Positions 49,248 to 63,299 of a DNA stretch of 64,000 nucleotides are shown piece by piece. The first letter of the stretch is position 1; every line of letters begins with the position of its first letter. The notes below the pieces were generated by a model. It made no database searches. It worked only from the letters and a program-made list of their open reading frames with translations, and was not told the origin of the DNA. Where the stretch lies: positions 80,166,001 to 80,230,000 of the forward strand of contig CM060731.1 in NCBI GenBank assembly GCA_030704615.1, read 5' to 3'. The translations under genes were made by a program, and so were the position numbers. This DNA comes from Takakia lepidozioides (Eukaryota > Plantae > Bryophyta).

Positions 49248-52200
49248 CTATAGGGCCATTTCAGCCTGGAGAGCCGCGAGCTCATCATCTTCTGCTGTGC
49301 TCTGGGGCACTCTCTGGGGAGGGACTTGGGCAGGGCGGCTATAGACAGGCACTGGTGGTAGCTGTGTCTGGGGCGTGGTGGCCGGTTGTAGTAGCTGCTC
49401 CTCCAATTCAGCACCTTCAAGTTCTTCCAACTCAGCCTCCAGCTCATCCTGTAATACTACCACCAATCGTCAACACCACCTCTACAGACAAACAGAGATC
49501 TCACAACAAGCAAATCACTTAGCAACCAAGCGAACCTATACATTTGCTTCATAAGGGTTGTGATACGGGCATGACGCTGAAGCAGCATATAGGGGCTGTC
49601 CAAATACAGGAGGAAAATGGAGCCAAGAAAAAGCCCATGCAAGTGGTAACGAGATCATATTGCTCCTTCCGGGTTTAGCAGGCCTTTGGTCATTGACAAA
49701 TGGAAAATAGATCTTTCGAGGAGAAATTTACAGCTTGCAGTTGCATGGGTACTTCAATTATCTGGCCATATTTCAAGGTAGACATAAAATTACAGACGCA
49801 ATTATATGGATACACTTATCCCTTACCAACCAAATGCTCTGTATGTCCAAATAGATGAGGGTGGGCAGAATCCACATAGTTCAGCATAATTAGATACTGA
49901 CCTCAGAGACTCTCTGTCCTATATTCACAAAAAGCACAAATAATTCACTCTTTTGCATCTGGCAACACTCTACATACCCTTATCATCCAATGGACATCCT
50001 AAAGTTATTCCCATACCTCCCCCTTAAGAAAACAAAAAAGGGCCCTGGTAAATACCTCGTCAATGTCAGCAGCAGCCCCTATGGGTGTGGAAAGTGCCTC
50101 CTGAATCTGCTTCATATTCTCAGTCTGCTCATTGATCTCATCCATTGTCTTGTCCACATCATCGATGTTTCTGCCACCCAGGACCTCAGTGAGAATTTGC
50201 AGTTGCATCTATTGCTATCAGATCTACTTAGTTTCTCTTCTTGATAAAGTTTCAGTCTCTCCCGCTCTCAGAATGCAACTCTATCTCCATCTCTTTAACT
50301 GGCATTGGGAAGGTTCACGGTGGGCTCACACAGTCTGCGGATAGAGACTGCTAGATGGCACATCCTCCAGTGTGCGTAATGCTTGTGCCCGGCTTGCCCT
50401 AGAGAGGACAGAGACGGGAGATTGAAACTGAATAACATTTTTCCTTTCAATGTCCTCTCTACTATGAGATCCAGAGTCGATACTAATGCCTATTCCAGGA
50501 CAGCCAATGCCTTGCTGATGTCCTTCATTATGAGGACCAGAAATGCCTGGCTGCATACTACATGAGGAAATCTGGGTATGTTGAATTGCAGGTTTTTGGG
50601 CGGCTCGTTGAGGGTCCCATTTCTTACTTGTATCAGCCTGTATTTGTCCCAGAATTTCTTGAGCTTCCCTTGGACGTTATAAAATTTCTTTCTCTATAAT
50701 TCCTTTTTGATTGGTGGGTGCTCTGGGCCTCTTGTCGACTTGGTAATTCATCTTTTTCTCCATACGCCTGTTTTGTAACAGGTTAGCTGGCACACTGCAC
50801 GCCTCACATTTGTGTTTTGTACAAGCTAAGGTAGTGGTGTAAATACCCGCCATTTGCTTCCTAAAATGACAGGTTGAGTGCTGATTTATGGGTTGGCATT
50901 TACATTATACTAGAAAGCGTGAAGTTGCACTGCCAACTGTTGAGGACAAAGGGCAGACAGGCAGAAGCAAGGCAGGCAACTCTTACGTGGCTTTCTGGAT
51001 GGCCTTCATAGCTATGGCACCACTGCGAAGGGCATCCACTGTCTCTGTGGTGGCCTTGGCTCCTTCCAACATTATCATCTGCAGGAAATATAATATAAGG
51101 TGGAAACAATCTCAATCTTAGCATCTTGTTTACAATCAGATGATGAATCATAGACCCTGCTTTCCAAGTCCCTGGCATAGTCACTACAATCCCATGAATC
51201 AGAGACCCTAGTTTTCAGGTCCCTGACCAAAAAAAGGTGAAGTTACACAAGATAAATTCAGGACATAAGAAGAGGAAAGAAAAGCCTCCATCCATTGCCA
51301 GGGCTTAACCAATGTGTGGCCTGCCACCCTCAAATAACATGATGTCATTACAAAGAAGCAGTCTCTTCCTATGACAAGTATACACTTGTAACCTTGTTTA
51401 CCTTCAGTCAAAGAATTGAAGAGTCAAACCTGGTCATGGATGCGCAGTTGAAAGTTACCCAATTGTTCCACTTGTACTTCATATAACTTCTTCCTCTTTA
51501 GACACTGGATTGCCGCTGCCCCCACACCACCCCAAACAGCTCTTTCCCTTCAAAACTTCTTCTCGCCATGCTCATTTCATTGGGTGCCATGAAGCTTCTA
51601 TCTTTCTCTCTTGTAAATGAGCTTGCCTCTGTCACTACCAAGAGTGTAGCAATGGTCAGAATGCCACAGCCAGCTCGGTCTACTTGAGGACATCTCTTTC
51701 TCTAGAGCACCCTAACTCCCTAACCCCCTTCTCTTCCTGTTTTCAAGTTTCACCTTGTCTGATTGTTCACTTCTTTATTATCAGCATTCTAGGGAAGCTG
51801 AGAGTACATATACCAATCACTTCAGTTGAATCCTCACTGGAGTCACCCTCTGTCCCCTTTTTATGCAAGTATATAATGACCATAACATATATATGTGGAC
51901 AGGCTGGTAATTGTTCAAACGGCCAGAGGCATACCCCGCTTGTTCTTGGCACGAGTGAAATCCCGAGCCTTTTCAATCTCTGTAGCTATCTTCTTCTGCA
52001 ACACTTTCTCTTTCTTCTCCAACATCTCCAAGGTCTGCATACCATCTCAGCCCAGAGAAGCAAACGCAAATCAAACACAAACAAACAACAGACATCTTGT
52101 GAGCTACTCTAATGGAGCTCAAACACACCATTGCAAGTCTGGTAGATCCAGGCTGGAGGAGTTCTGCTCCTGCACAAATATTCTTGGTCCTGGTAATCAG

Positions 52201-53542
52201 TGGAAATACACATTAAGCTTTCAATCACCGTCCATCATTGAGGTTCTCTCGGAGAGTATCGCAGCTTACAACTACTTGGGTCATACAATGACAACGCATC
52301 AAAAAAGGAAAGCATGGAGCCCGCGCAAATGTCCCAATTCACTCCCTTACGAATGGGCATGGTTTCTCAAATTGGGTCCTTAAGAAATCCCCTGAGCCCA
52401 CTTCTTTTCCTAAGCAGGTCACTATGGAGTGGCCGAGAGACTGGTGACTGGACTCTATAGACACACCAAAGTTGCTATCAACACCCAACTTGGCACCAAG
52501 CAGACTCTGTAAAAACAGTGTCAGTTGATATGTCACAGAAGTAAACAAACATAATACAAAAAACAACAAGATTCAGGCAAAGAGAAAACAGAAACTGTCA
52601 CAGCTTGGCGGAGAGAGGAGAGAAGGAAGCCGATCTTCAAGAAACTACCCTGCTTCTTAGGAATAGACAAAAAATTCATCACTTCTCCTCCATGAGTTCT
52701 ACATAAACAAAGATGTCCAATTGCAACAAAGAAAGCCTAGTCAGATCCTCCCCACCGCCAGTCTATTATGGCTGTCATATCAGAGTGGAAAAATTAGGCA
52801 CCAGTAAAACTACTCGTACAATTAAAGAAAAGACAGGTTCTCTTTCATAAATTAACTACTACAAGGAACTGCATCGCAGAAAGAAATTAAAAGGAGAGCA
52901 GTAGCCTGCACTAAAGATGTGATGAGGATGCCCCACCTACTCACTGAATACGCAATCTGAAATGGACAGGTAATTACATCCACACCCAGTCAACAAATAA
53001 ACACTAAATCTGTGACCAGACCCACCAGACTGTGAGCAAAAATACAATGCTGACATATTGCATAAGGGGAATTGGTATTGCCTTAGCAGTTTCCTTCTTC
53101 ACTCAAATTGAATGAATTCTGATTCAATTTGGAACATGGCTGCAACAATTCACCTAGACTATAGGCAACTAACGAACCTAATCGATATGAGAGAATTTAT
53201 CATCTAGGAAGCTGTGGATAGACCCTCCAAAAAGGCAGGCAGAGACTCATTTAAGCTAACAACAGAAGCCACTCCAGTGACAAAGTGTCGAAATTGCGAT
53301 CGAGTAGGTGTAACCAGCGTACAATCGTAACCACAGCATTCCTTTTTGGGCGACGTCATGAATCCAAACCTAATTGCACAGAATGATCACCTTTGATTTT
53401 ATTAGGCCGAACCAAACCCTAGATGCAAACGAAACGACTGACATGCACCGATAGCAGAGACAGTGATCACCTCACTGAGCTTGTCAAGTGTGGAAAGAGT
53501 GGATGCTTCCTCCTTGGGCTTGCCAAAAATTCTGCTAAACAT
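49248..53542 (-). CDS. SNF7: ESCRT-III subunit SNF7/VPS32; exons 53542-53471, 52034-51935, 51515-51430, 51078-50987, 50170-50056, 49448-49248; 221 aa
   Basis: MFSRIFGKPK...TLEMLEKKE...AAIQCLKRKKLYE...MIMLEGAKATTETVDALR...NIDDVDKTMDEINEQTENMKQIQEALSTPIG...DELEAELEELE...DELAALQAEMAL. All introns are GT-AG and in frame (666 nt total). Confidence 0.96.
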
Positions 53543-54335
53543 GGTGCCGGCCCTCCTATCCCCTAGCTCAGCAGCTTATTGGTAACGTATTGATCCTGCT
53601 CTCCGTTCACAGCTTGCTGTGTGAGCGCACACGCCCTTCCTCCAACTGAAGCAAAATGCACATACGTCACCCCGGCCTGTCACTCCCTTGCAGCCATGTC
53701 GACGAGGATGCCCATGACTCGGGAGCGCAACCCTTGACGTCTCCTCGAATCGTCGGGGTAGGCAAATGGATTCAAAATGGCCTAGCGAGGGACACAAAGA
53801 TTGGAATCAGACTTGTGGGTGCGGTTTGCATGCCTTTGTGAGAGCGATTCAGCCCACCGCAAGCGTGAAAGGCTGCAGGACTTGCTTCCAAAGACCACCA
53901 AACAAGCTCAGTTAGCTCATCAGTTAGGTCCCCCGTTAGGGCCGCTAAACTTTCTACCGTGTCCAACTGGAAAAGTAAAACGTTGGGGGTTTGGAAGAAA
54001 GTTTAGCGGCACCTCGGTCTCAGTTATTAGCTAACCGAGACTGGTTTTGATCGTGTGGAGCCCTGCCACGCCAAGCTCGCTTGGTCGCTGTACTGTAGCA
54101 GGTCTTGGGTTTCACTCCGTTGGGAGCTTTGCGCATCTCAAGTGGGTTGGGCTGTATCCGTGGTCGCATCACAAAGTGACAGATGAGGTGAGTGATATTC
54201 GGGGGTGATGAACGCATTGGTTCTTTAGGTTTGGCTTGAATGTGGAAGGAAGCGAGTGCGTGCTCGCAAGAAGCTGCGGAGGGGGAGCTGAGATAAGATC
54301 AACAAGCTGCGGCGGAAGAAATAAGGCAGGGCAAT
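53543..54335. promoter_or_regulatory. Putative bidirectional promoter
   Basis: Only about 790 bp separate the divergent start codons of SNF7 and the adjacent gene. Confidence 0.5.
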
Positions 54336-56921
54336 ATGCTTGTCAAAAAACTTGTCAAGCCGAAGAAGGAGCCGCCACCCACACTGTCCACATCTGAAAA
54401 CGTTAAGGTTGTGTTCTCCTCTCAGTTGTTTGCATGTAGGGTTTAGAGCCTTTGAATGTCACCTTTTTGTGGGTTGACGTTTCACCCTGTTCTTGGAAAC
54501 CTATCGTGGACTCATTCCAAATGTCTTCGAGGGCTTGAATGGTAATCAGGTCCCATTGCAACAGGAGTGACTTGTTGTTGACACCTTTGTTAAAATTCTT
54601 GAAATAGTCTTTCCTGCCTGGATGGTCTGGTGACAGCTTCTTCAGACACTTCAAATAACTATCGGATGAACCATGTCATGAGGTCGCCAGTAGCACCGGA
54701 TGGTTGCCCTACTGGTGTAGTGTTGTTTATATTATCTTGTTGGAGTTGACGACTCTTCATTACGTGAGAGGTCATGGGGCAATGCCCCTCCTTGCACCCT
54801 TTGGCAAGGTTTCGCTTTGATGCAGCTTCTATTGGTAGCACGGTCGTGGAAGTGTTGTCTAGCAGTCCTCTCTGCAGGTCTTCTGGGTGTTAATGTGCAT
54901 GCTTGATTGGGTTCTTGATGATCTGCTTTGAAGGAAAGGCTAAACTGACAATTAGCCCACTAAAATTTGTATGCTCTGAAAGTTATGATAACTTCTCAAA
55001 CAATTTCTCTTACAGTTGTCATGCAGGAGAAGTCTCTGGTGTTGGAGACCGCCCTGGCAAAAGTGTTGAGGGAAAGGACATAAAAATCTTGTTATGTCTG
55101 ACATGGCATAATAAACTAGTACTTCGTAATTTTTAATTTGCAATCCACCCGTATATCTATATGCTGACGCCTTCTGCCAGTGTCTTACTGGTGGGCTGCA
55201 ATTTATCCGAATCCTAAGATACTCCTTTTTACTGAATGGAGTTCAATCAGGAAGGGGCTTCTTCAAGTGGGGTGAAAACTGTGATCAAGAAAAAGGTGGT
55301 GATCACTACAATTAAAAAGGAGGAAAAGCGGGAGAAGAAAAAGTTTGATAGGACTGGGCAAAAATATGACAGGCCAGAAGAGGTATGTATCCTTCAGGGG
55401 CCTTTGATTCTACTTAGACAATCTTTCTACGTTCTCCCTTAAGCTCTTTGAGCTTCCCGCGGACATTATGAAGTACCATTTGATTTCATTTCATATGTAG
55501 TCCCATCACTGATTTCCTCTATAGCACAACACGTGATTATGTTCCAGATGGCACTCAACAATGTGATCACCTTAAAATGTTACTTGCTTTGCCACAAACT
55601 TTCCATTGACAGTTGTCTAGTGTCCGTAATAAACATGTGGTGCAATGAGTTCAATTTGCGATGTCTAACTGTATGCAGTAGCTAGGAGTCGGGGCAATGA
55701 AAGTTAGGCTATGTGAGCTCAATTCTGTTTCCTCTACTCTTTGTTTAGGAGGGTATTGAAGGTCCTTGAAGCCATACACAGTAATGGAAATGGAGATGTG
55801 ATTTTGGATGACAATGGGCTGTGGTGGGGGCACTACAGAGGGACGCTTTGAGGATTTTCTATGAAACCCTCCATGAACAAATACCAAATAGCGAGATGGC
55901 GGAGTTCTGGTAAACTGGAAGCTTTTGCATTTTTATTGCAAGTGTTTTGATTTAACTTGCAAAAGTGAGGCCTTCTCGTACCTCATTTCTCGCCAGTTCC
56001 CTTTCATACCAGGTTACATGTGAAGGGGGGATTGGAGAGGAGGCAAAGGATAGGCAGCTCATTTTTTTCTTATGACTACTGTATTCAAAGTTTTAGGATA
56101 TTCCTAGAACAGGGCATGCTCCTCTCCCTTTCTCTTGGAGGGATCTTGAGGCTAAGCCTGATTGCTGGGCAGCTCACAAAGAGCAGATCGATGCTAGTCT
56201 GAAGGGCTTTCCAGAGGAAATCTGGAAAGCCCAAACTAATTGTTGTTATCAAGGTTAAGTCCCATGACTGGAGTGAGCCCCCCACAAAGGTAGTGTGTGC
56301 TCTCGTTCTGCCTAAACTGGGCAAGGGGACTATGGCCACAAGGCTATGAAAAATGTCTTTTGAGTACATTCTTTCTCTCTTTTGGACGGAGATATCATCT
56401 GCCGAGGGCGCAGCACAAAGCTATATTTTTTGCTTTATGTCTGTGGCGCCTGAAACATTAGTGGAGGCCTTCAGCTTTGAAGATCCAAAGTGTCTCGCTG
56501 CCTACCTGCTGCCTAGGTCGTGGCATTTGATGTATTTTGAAGTACTTACTGGCTGTCCCATGGGCCCATGGGGCCCCTTGTGGAGGTTATAAGTATCTTC
56601 CTTTCTTTATCTCTTTGTCTCTCTCTCATCTGAAAAGTTTGGTGCAGGTTGATGGAGCACGGGCTGCTGCCAGAGGATGAGTCTAAGAAGGCAAAGGCGA
56701 GAAAGGACAGCAAGTCAAATGGACCGCAAAAACAAAAGAATGGAACACCAATCAAGTCCTCTACAGTGTCAAGAAATTCCAATGGCAGTGCAGGGAAGAA
56801 AACGAGTATATCGAATGGAAAAGGCAAAGAGGTAGTGAAGCAGAAGGGCAAGAAGACGAGAGACAACAGTGATAGCGATGACGATTTCATCAGAAAGCCT
56901 GCCAAGAAGTTGAAGACATAG
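54336..56921 (+). CDS. Small Lys-rich conserved protein of unknown function; exons 54336-54407, 55251-55382, 55839-55909, 56648-56921; about 182 aa
   Basis: Conserved core KKKFDRTGQKYDRPEE-RDALRIFYETLHEQIPNSEMAEFWLMEHGLLPE. GT-AG introns are in phase. The first exon is less certain. Confidence 0.8.
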
Positions 56922-57837
56922 GTTGGGGGGGGGTACAGATGGGAAAAGTGGAGTATGCTCACCTCATTGCTGTCAAAAGCACAGGCAAGGGAGTGGATTG
57001 GTCTCTCAGTGTAATGAATGCATTATGCTGGCATGTGACAATGTCATTGCTGAAATGGCAGAGGGAATGTTGGACAAGCCAGCTTTCAATTTCGTTATCC
57101 TGCTAGTTTACCAGATATGGAAGGCAGTTGGAAGTAGAGCTTGAGAAGTCGATCTCTTGGTAGTTCCATTATTTCTTTAACTATTCAGACTTGTTTCAAC
57201 TCCTAAGGAATTGAGTTGCCATGAGATGCTTGGATTGTATCACAGGTGTTGCAAGGTTAGCTACAGGTGCCTGTATAATGTGTATTCACTTGAATGCATG
57301 CCCATATAGGGTCGCACGGCTTGCTGCGCTTCTTTTTATTTTTGGGGTTTCAGTAATATTGTGCAAAACAAGAGTGGGAGTTATGCCCTTGTCTGTCGTC
57401 ATGAAGAGGCCATTATACACATCAGCCACACTGTGCATCCAGTAACATGTGCACCACAGTCATTCTCTTGAAACCTGCCATAGAAGCAGGCCTGCTAGAG
57501 GGCAGACAGATAGGCATGTAGCTTGGCAATCTTCGCCCTGGCCTGACCAAGAGTTGCAAAAGAGGATCATCAACATGACAGCGTCCTGTGGAGTAAACCA
57601 TGGTGGATTCGAAGATGAATCAGAGAAATTTTTCTGAAGATTTCCCGTCAAGCATCACAACGTCCGTGTGACATTCAGCCTTCATCCATTGCCTGCACGT
57701 TGTGAAATGTTCCTGTTTTTCCTTACTATCCCCAGATGGTTAGTAGATGCCGGTCAACGAGACAGACGAGGCCTGCTACTGGGATTTTGAGATAGACCTG
57801 TTCTCACACACCCACAGCTGCTCAGCAGAGTGCCACA

Positions 57838-60709
57838 ATGCGGAAGGGGGCAAGCGGGCTTGCACGAGCTGTGCTCTCCATCTCCTCAACCAGACCTTCC
57901 TGCCGTCAACTCGCAAGGGGTTGTCTCAATTTGTATGGGACATATGATGAAGGCGTAGAAACAAAAGCAGTCCAATTAGACCTTCACCGGTCTATGACTA
58001 ACTTGCCAGAGGACACTGTGTATGGGGGCCCCAAGCCCCAGTCCCCATGGAAGCGAATGACTCTGAGGCACCTGACGCAGAAGTACGAGAAGAAGCAGCC
58101 CATCACAATGGTGACAGCTTACGATTACCCCTCCGCGGTGCATGTAGACCAAGCGGGCATGGACATTTGTTTGGTGGGCGATTCGGTTGGCATGGTAGTC
58201 CACGGGCATGATACTACATTACCGGTATCCATGGAGGACATGCTCCTGCATTGCAAGGCTGTTGCAAGGGGTGCCACTCGTCCACTTCTTGTGGGTGATT
58301 TGCCGTTTGGCAGCTATGAACAGAGCTCCGCGCAGGTGTGTAAGCATTTCATGCATTAACATTGACCTGTAATCGGACCTCAGTGATCACACACTTATAC
58401 ATTTTGGGCCCATTTTGCTGCAAAATGTTTGGCTTTGCTCGTATGAGCCACCAATGCAACCTGGTTCACAGCTCTGGAATAATGTAGAGATCATCAAGTT
58501 TCGACTGGGGTCTGAGAAGTTCAGTGGCAGTCCTTGGCTCTCCATCCGCTATGAGGTAAGATAGACCGTTCACTATTTTGAACGTATCAGACCCCCAAAC
58601 GCAAAACATATGTTTAAGACTGAGAGACTGGAAGTACTCATTATAGATTGTTTGTCCTAGTCTTCTGGCGATCTACTCTGTGCAACGTTTGGATGGACAG
58701 GTTGAGAGAGAGAAGAAGAAGACGACAATAAGACATAAGTATTTCCACAGGAAGCCCAATGATCTTAGAGTGAGAGGGGGAGAGAATTACCGAACCAACA
58801 TCAGCTGGGAAATTTACACTCAGATCTTGAGCTTCCACAATTAGTTGGAGAGCAACAACTGGGCAAAGATTAATGAAACCCCTTTCCATTGTGCACTCTG
58901 ATGGGCACTGTAAAATATCTTTCTGAAGGTCTATGGTGTAGCACAGTAGTCATACCATATCGCAGTTCTTAGGGATTCCTGTTCAATTGCAAAGTCTTGA
59001 TCATCGCATGCACAATTTCAATATCTGACTCAAAATGATAATGTGTATAGGCGGGGATGTAAGGGCTGAGCAGGCAGTGGCAAGTGCTACGCGCATGCTG
59101 AAGGAGGCAGGCATGGATGCTGTCAAGATGGAGGGAGGTGGGGGCTCACGTGTGGCAGGTGCCAAAGCTATAGCCGAGGCTGGAATTGCTGTTATGGGTC
59201 ATGTGGGTCTCACCCCCCAGGCTATCAGTGTATTAGGTGGATTCCGTCCACAAGGTCGGAATTCAGAGAGTGCCCTGCTGGTAAGCTCAGACTTGTATCT
59301 TTGTCACGCCTTAAGAGTCAACAGACTTATCAAAACTTGGCACTTGCTATGAGCAGTGCTCTCAGCCTTATGCTCACACGGATGTACCAAGTCTTTGTCT
59401 TTGCATGAGAGACGCCTATTAGAAATGAGCAATCTTTGCACATTACTTATTTCCAGATGTTCAAAATGGGTGGGCTTGGATACAGGTACTGCAACATGCT
59501 TTGGCGTTGCAGGCTGCAGGCTGCTTTTCCTTGGTGCTTGAGTGTGTTCCATCGCCGATTGCTGCTGCTGTGACCGCAACTCTGGAGATTCCCACTATAG
59601 GCATTGGTGCTGGACCTTTTTGCAGTGGCCAGGTGCCTCCCACTCTGGACCCCATACGCTCTTTGGGCTTTTTGTGGAGGCTATAAAGTTCCTTGATCTC
59701 TTTCTTTGTTGCTTCTCTTTCCTATTCCCGTGCATGTTTTCAAGCCAGAAAATGTTTCATAGCTCCCGTACCCCAGAAGTATGGCCTGGCAAGGAGTAGA
59801 CCCTCAAGGGTATTCTCATGGCCAATGTATATAGGGAACAGGCCACGAATACAGTTTTTTGATCAAGGCAGCGCTTCCACGCCATGTGTTCCGTTTTTTC
59901 ATTAGTCGAATTCAACCTGTTTCTGCACTCTCGGTTACAGTAAATGTGCGAAGTCATCAGGATCTCAATGCTATGTGGCTGCAGGTGCTGGTATACCATG
60001 ATCTTCTGGGCATGATGCAGCATCCTCACCATGCAAAGGTAGGTGTAATGTATTTTAGTGTACTGGAAAGCACAATCTGAGGCAGTTTTCCAATCCATAG
60101 CCCTGGTTCTGGAATCAAAGATAATTTGCCGAACAACTTCAGCAGTAGTTTATGGATATTGCATGTCTTATTAACCTGTGGAGAGAAAACTGTGAAATAT
60201 TTGCCAGTCCTTTGCAGCATCAGTGACAAGTGAATGTGTAGATGTTCTAACCATCCGTTTGAAAGTCACTGACAAACATCGTGTCAATTATCATATGGAA
60301 TCCCATTTTAGGACTTATGAACCCCCCAAACATTCAGCTCAGTGACTCCTGTCCTGTTTAACAAACACCTCAAAATTACTGGGTACAGATGTGACAAAAT
60401 GCCTGAGCATAAGATTGATGGGTGCATTTTCTCTCTTCTTTGTTGTAGGTAACTCCAAAGTTTTGCAAACAGTACGCCAGTGTTGGAAGTGTGATCCAGG
60501 CAGCCTTATCTGAGTATCGGGAGGAAGTCTGCTCCGGTGCTTTTCCATCCCCCTTGTATACACCATACAGGATTGACAGGGCACAAACTGACACTTTTCT
60601 TGAAGAACTTGAGAAGAGGGGTTTCCATGTGGCGGCAGAGGCTGCAGCTTTGGCTGCCACAAGAGATGAACAAGCCGGAGAACCCAGCATTAAGACTCCC
60701 CTGGATTGA
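57838..60709 (+). CDS. panB: 3-methyl-2-oxobutanoate hydroxymethyltransferase (KPHMT), with likely mitochondrial transit peptide; exons 57838-58335, 59074-59280, 59486-59632, 59985-60038, 60449-60709; 388 aa
   Basis: [77 protein letters not shown]. Confidence 0.96.
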
Positions 60710-63299
60710 AACCACGTTGCTGTCTATTTTCATCTGCCGGAGTGTTTTCTTGACAAGGGAGAAGTATTGTCCCCACCGGACAGGTGTCCCTGCACTCCAG
60801 ACGGACAGTACGGTGATGGGTTTGTGAGGTTGGATTAGTGACGCCTGTGTCACAAATTTGAATCGAAAGAGTCCTGAGCTCAACAAAAGCTGTTACTGAG
60901 ATGAGAGTTTCAAAGAGCACGAGTGAATTTTAGACAAGCTGCCAAATCAGATGTGTTTTCAACTCAGCTGGGAACATTGTATGTATGGTTATAATTTAAA
61001 AAGACATGCCTCCAGACAAGTCTATACCTCGTTCTAACAGATCACTCAGGTAGAGTGGAGGTGTCCTTTGAATCCTTGTTCTGTCTATCAGAGTACCTAT
61101 CAGTACAGGGTTTCCTGGGGGAAAGGATTGAGACTTGTTTCAGTTGGTTTCAATAACCAGTCCTTCACAGTAAGGAACTTGGAAGTCCTGCCATTTGAGC
61201 ATAAATCATGCGATTTCACTTCATTGCAGATACCAGGGCAGCCGATGTAAAATACAAAACAAAAAAATGAGCTAGCATGCAGTCACCTCTGATGAGCTAA
61301 CTTACCAAAGAGCAAACATGCGGCTCAGCTTCTTTGGCCAACACATCAACGCTCTGAGAGTCGAAAACCCAAACATGCTGGGGAGGAAAAGAGCTTATTA
61401 CGGCCACCCGCATATCCAACAAGGGATTGAACGATTCAACATCCCCTCCATGAAACCTCCCATCAACAATCAGTGCCTTGCATTCTTGTCGCCGCGGAAG
61501 TAATGGTGGGGGATCATCGTCGTTCATTGAAGAGCCGATCCCGAAGCAGTGCATTCAAAACATTTCCGACCAAATCTTCTATCCTCGGAATGCCTGCCTC
61601 CACAATTACTCTTGCAACGGTCACTTGCATCAATGTTTATGTGCGTTCACACTTCACGCACACCAGATCTCCGGTTCAACTCTGCATCTAAGCGGGCCCA
61701 CAGATGACTTTTGGCGGCTCTATTATTTAGCCCTCCGGGTTGGACATATTGCCCTCATTATTTGGTCCAAAACAGTGGTGGGACCGATGATGGGACCGTC
61801 CATGAATGGCATGAATTGTACAAAAACGATAGCTCTAAGTTTGGTTTGTCGATCCTGTCCAATAATATATGAGTCGCTGTTGGGGACGACGGGACACCAT
61901 AAGTTACGTTTGCTTTGATATCGCACCTATCTAGGGTTAGGCATTTTTACGCCAGATGCAGAGTGTTCTATCTTCCACGCTGCGATATGATGAAATCTGG
62001 ACAGTTTTATCCTGCTGCAAACTGGGTGGTTCCTTTTCACAAGAGGGGAATGGATTTAGAAAGATAGATCGGCCTAATGCATGGTTGCCCTTGCCCCTCA
62101 TCAGTTGCAAATGGTGGATGTGGAAAGGATCTTTTTTGATGTTTCAACGCCTTGCAGCCGTTTCAGGGAGGAACCATATACCGCGTTAGAAAATAGATTC
62201 CCGATACTCCAGTTCCTTGATACTCCTGTTCCTTGTCGGCATGTGGTTCCACCAATAGTTTCTTCTTCTAGGGCTTCGTATGCTCATGAGGTGCACAATG
62301 TTTTCTCTTCTTCCACTGCAGAATGTCGCTCAGGTGGATCCGCTCGTCAGGTGCAATATATGATACAGTTCCATTTCACGTATTTTAAATTCTGTATACA
62401 GCTACTTGTACAAATTTGTATTTAATCTTTGTGAATACACCATGCCACTTTCGCTTTTCGGACCGATGGATGATTTTGTATTCCACTTCCTTCCAACATT
62501 CATTTTTGCACCATCAAAAGTTTTAAGAAAACAGCCAAATAAATGAAAGGGGTTAATCCTCAAGGGCCTGAGTAGCTCCCAGGTTTCCTTTTTTTTTAAA
62601 ATGATAACTATGAAAATAAATAATATTTTGAAATAAATTACCAAACCGTCTTAGCTCTAAAGAAACTCGTCAAAGTTGCCTGTGTAAAGAACTCTCATTC
62701 ACAAGTATATGTGGTATGATGTGTCACTGAGCCCAAGTTTTTTTTTTTTTGGATAAACAGGGGTATGGCCCTGGAAGCTTTATTTGGAATTATTGAAGGC
62801 AAGGTTAATGTGAAAGATGTTATTTTCTCCTCTCACTACAATTAACCCATATAGGCCTACAGCTTTTTCCACCTGTGACTGCAAAATTTGCACCCCTTGC
62901 CACCTTTTTAATCGTTACTAAGAGTGTGTTAAAATCTACACATCTTGACCATCCAATCATGTTCCTAACTATATCCCTTACCTCCACCTCTAATATCACT
63001 ATTTTTTCAGGAAGATTTAAAATCTTATAGTGTTTTTGTGAGCATAAAAAAATTCTGCAACCTTTGCAAAATAGGAAAACAAAATCACAAATCTTATCGA
63101 AATTCCTCAATGCCAGCTGATCCAATTGTTGAACCCAATTTCAAAAAAAAAAGAACAAAACCAATTTCCATAAGAATATATCTCATGATATTGGGCAGCG
63201 TCTCCTAATATTTTAGATATCTCGGACAAAATTTGGGTATACCTCCTTTGCAGTGATCTTTAGGGGAGTCAACACGAGTGTTGGGCGGGTGTTTTGATT

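Noticed and set aside
61297-62425. Possible decayed gene or transposase on the minus strand
   Set aside because: Fragmented frames with no motif I could assign.
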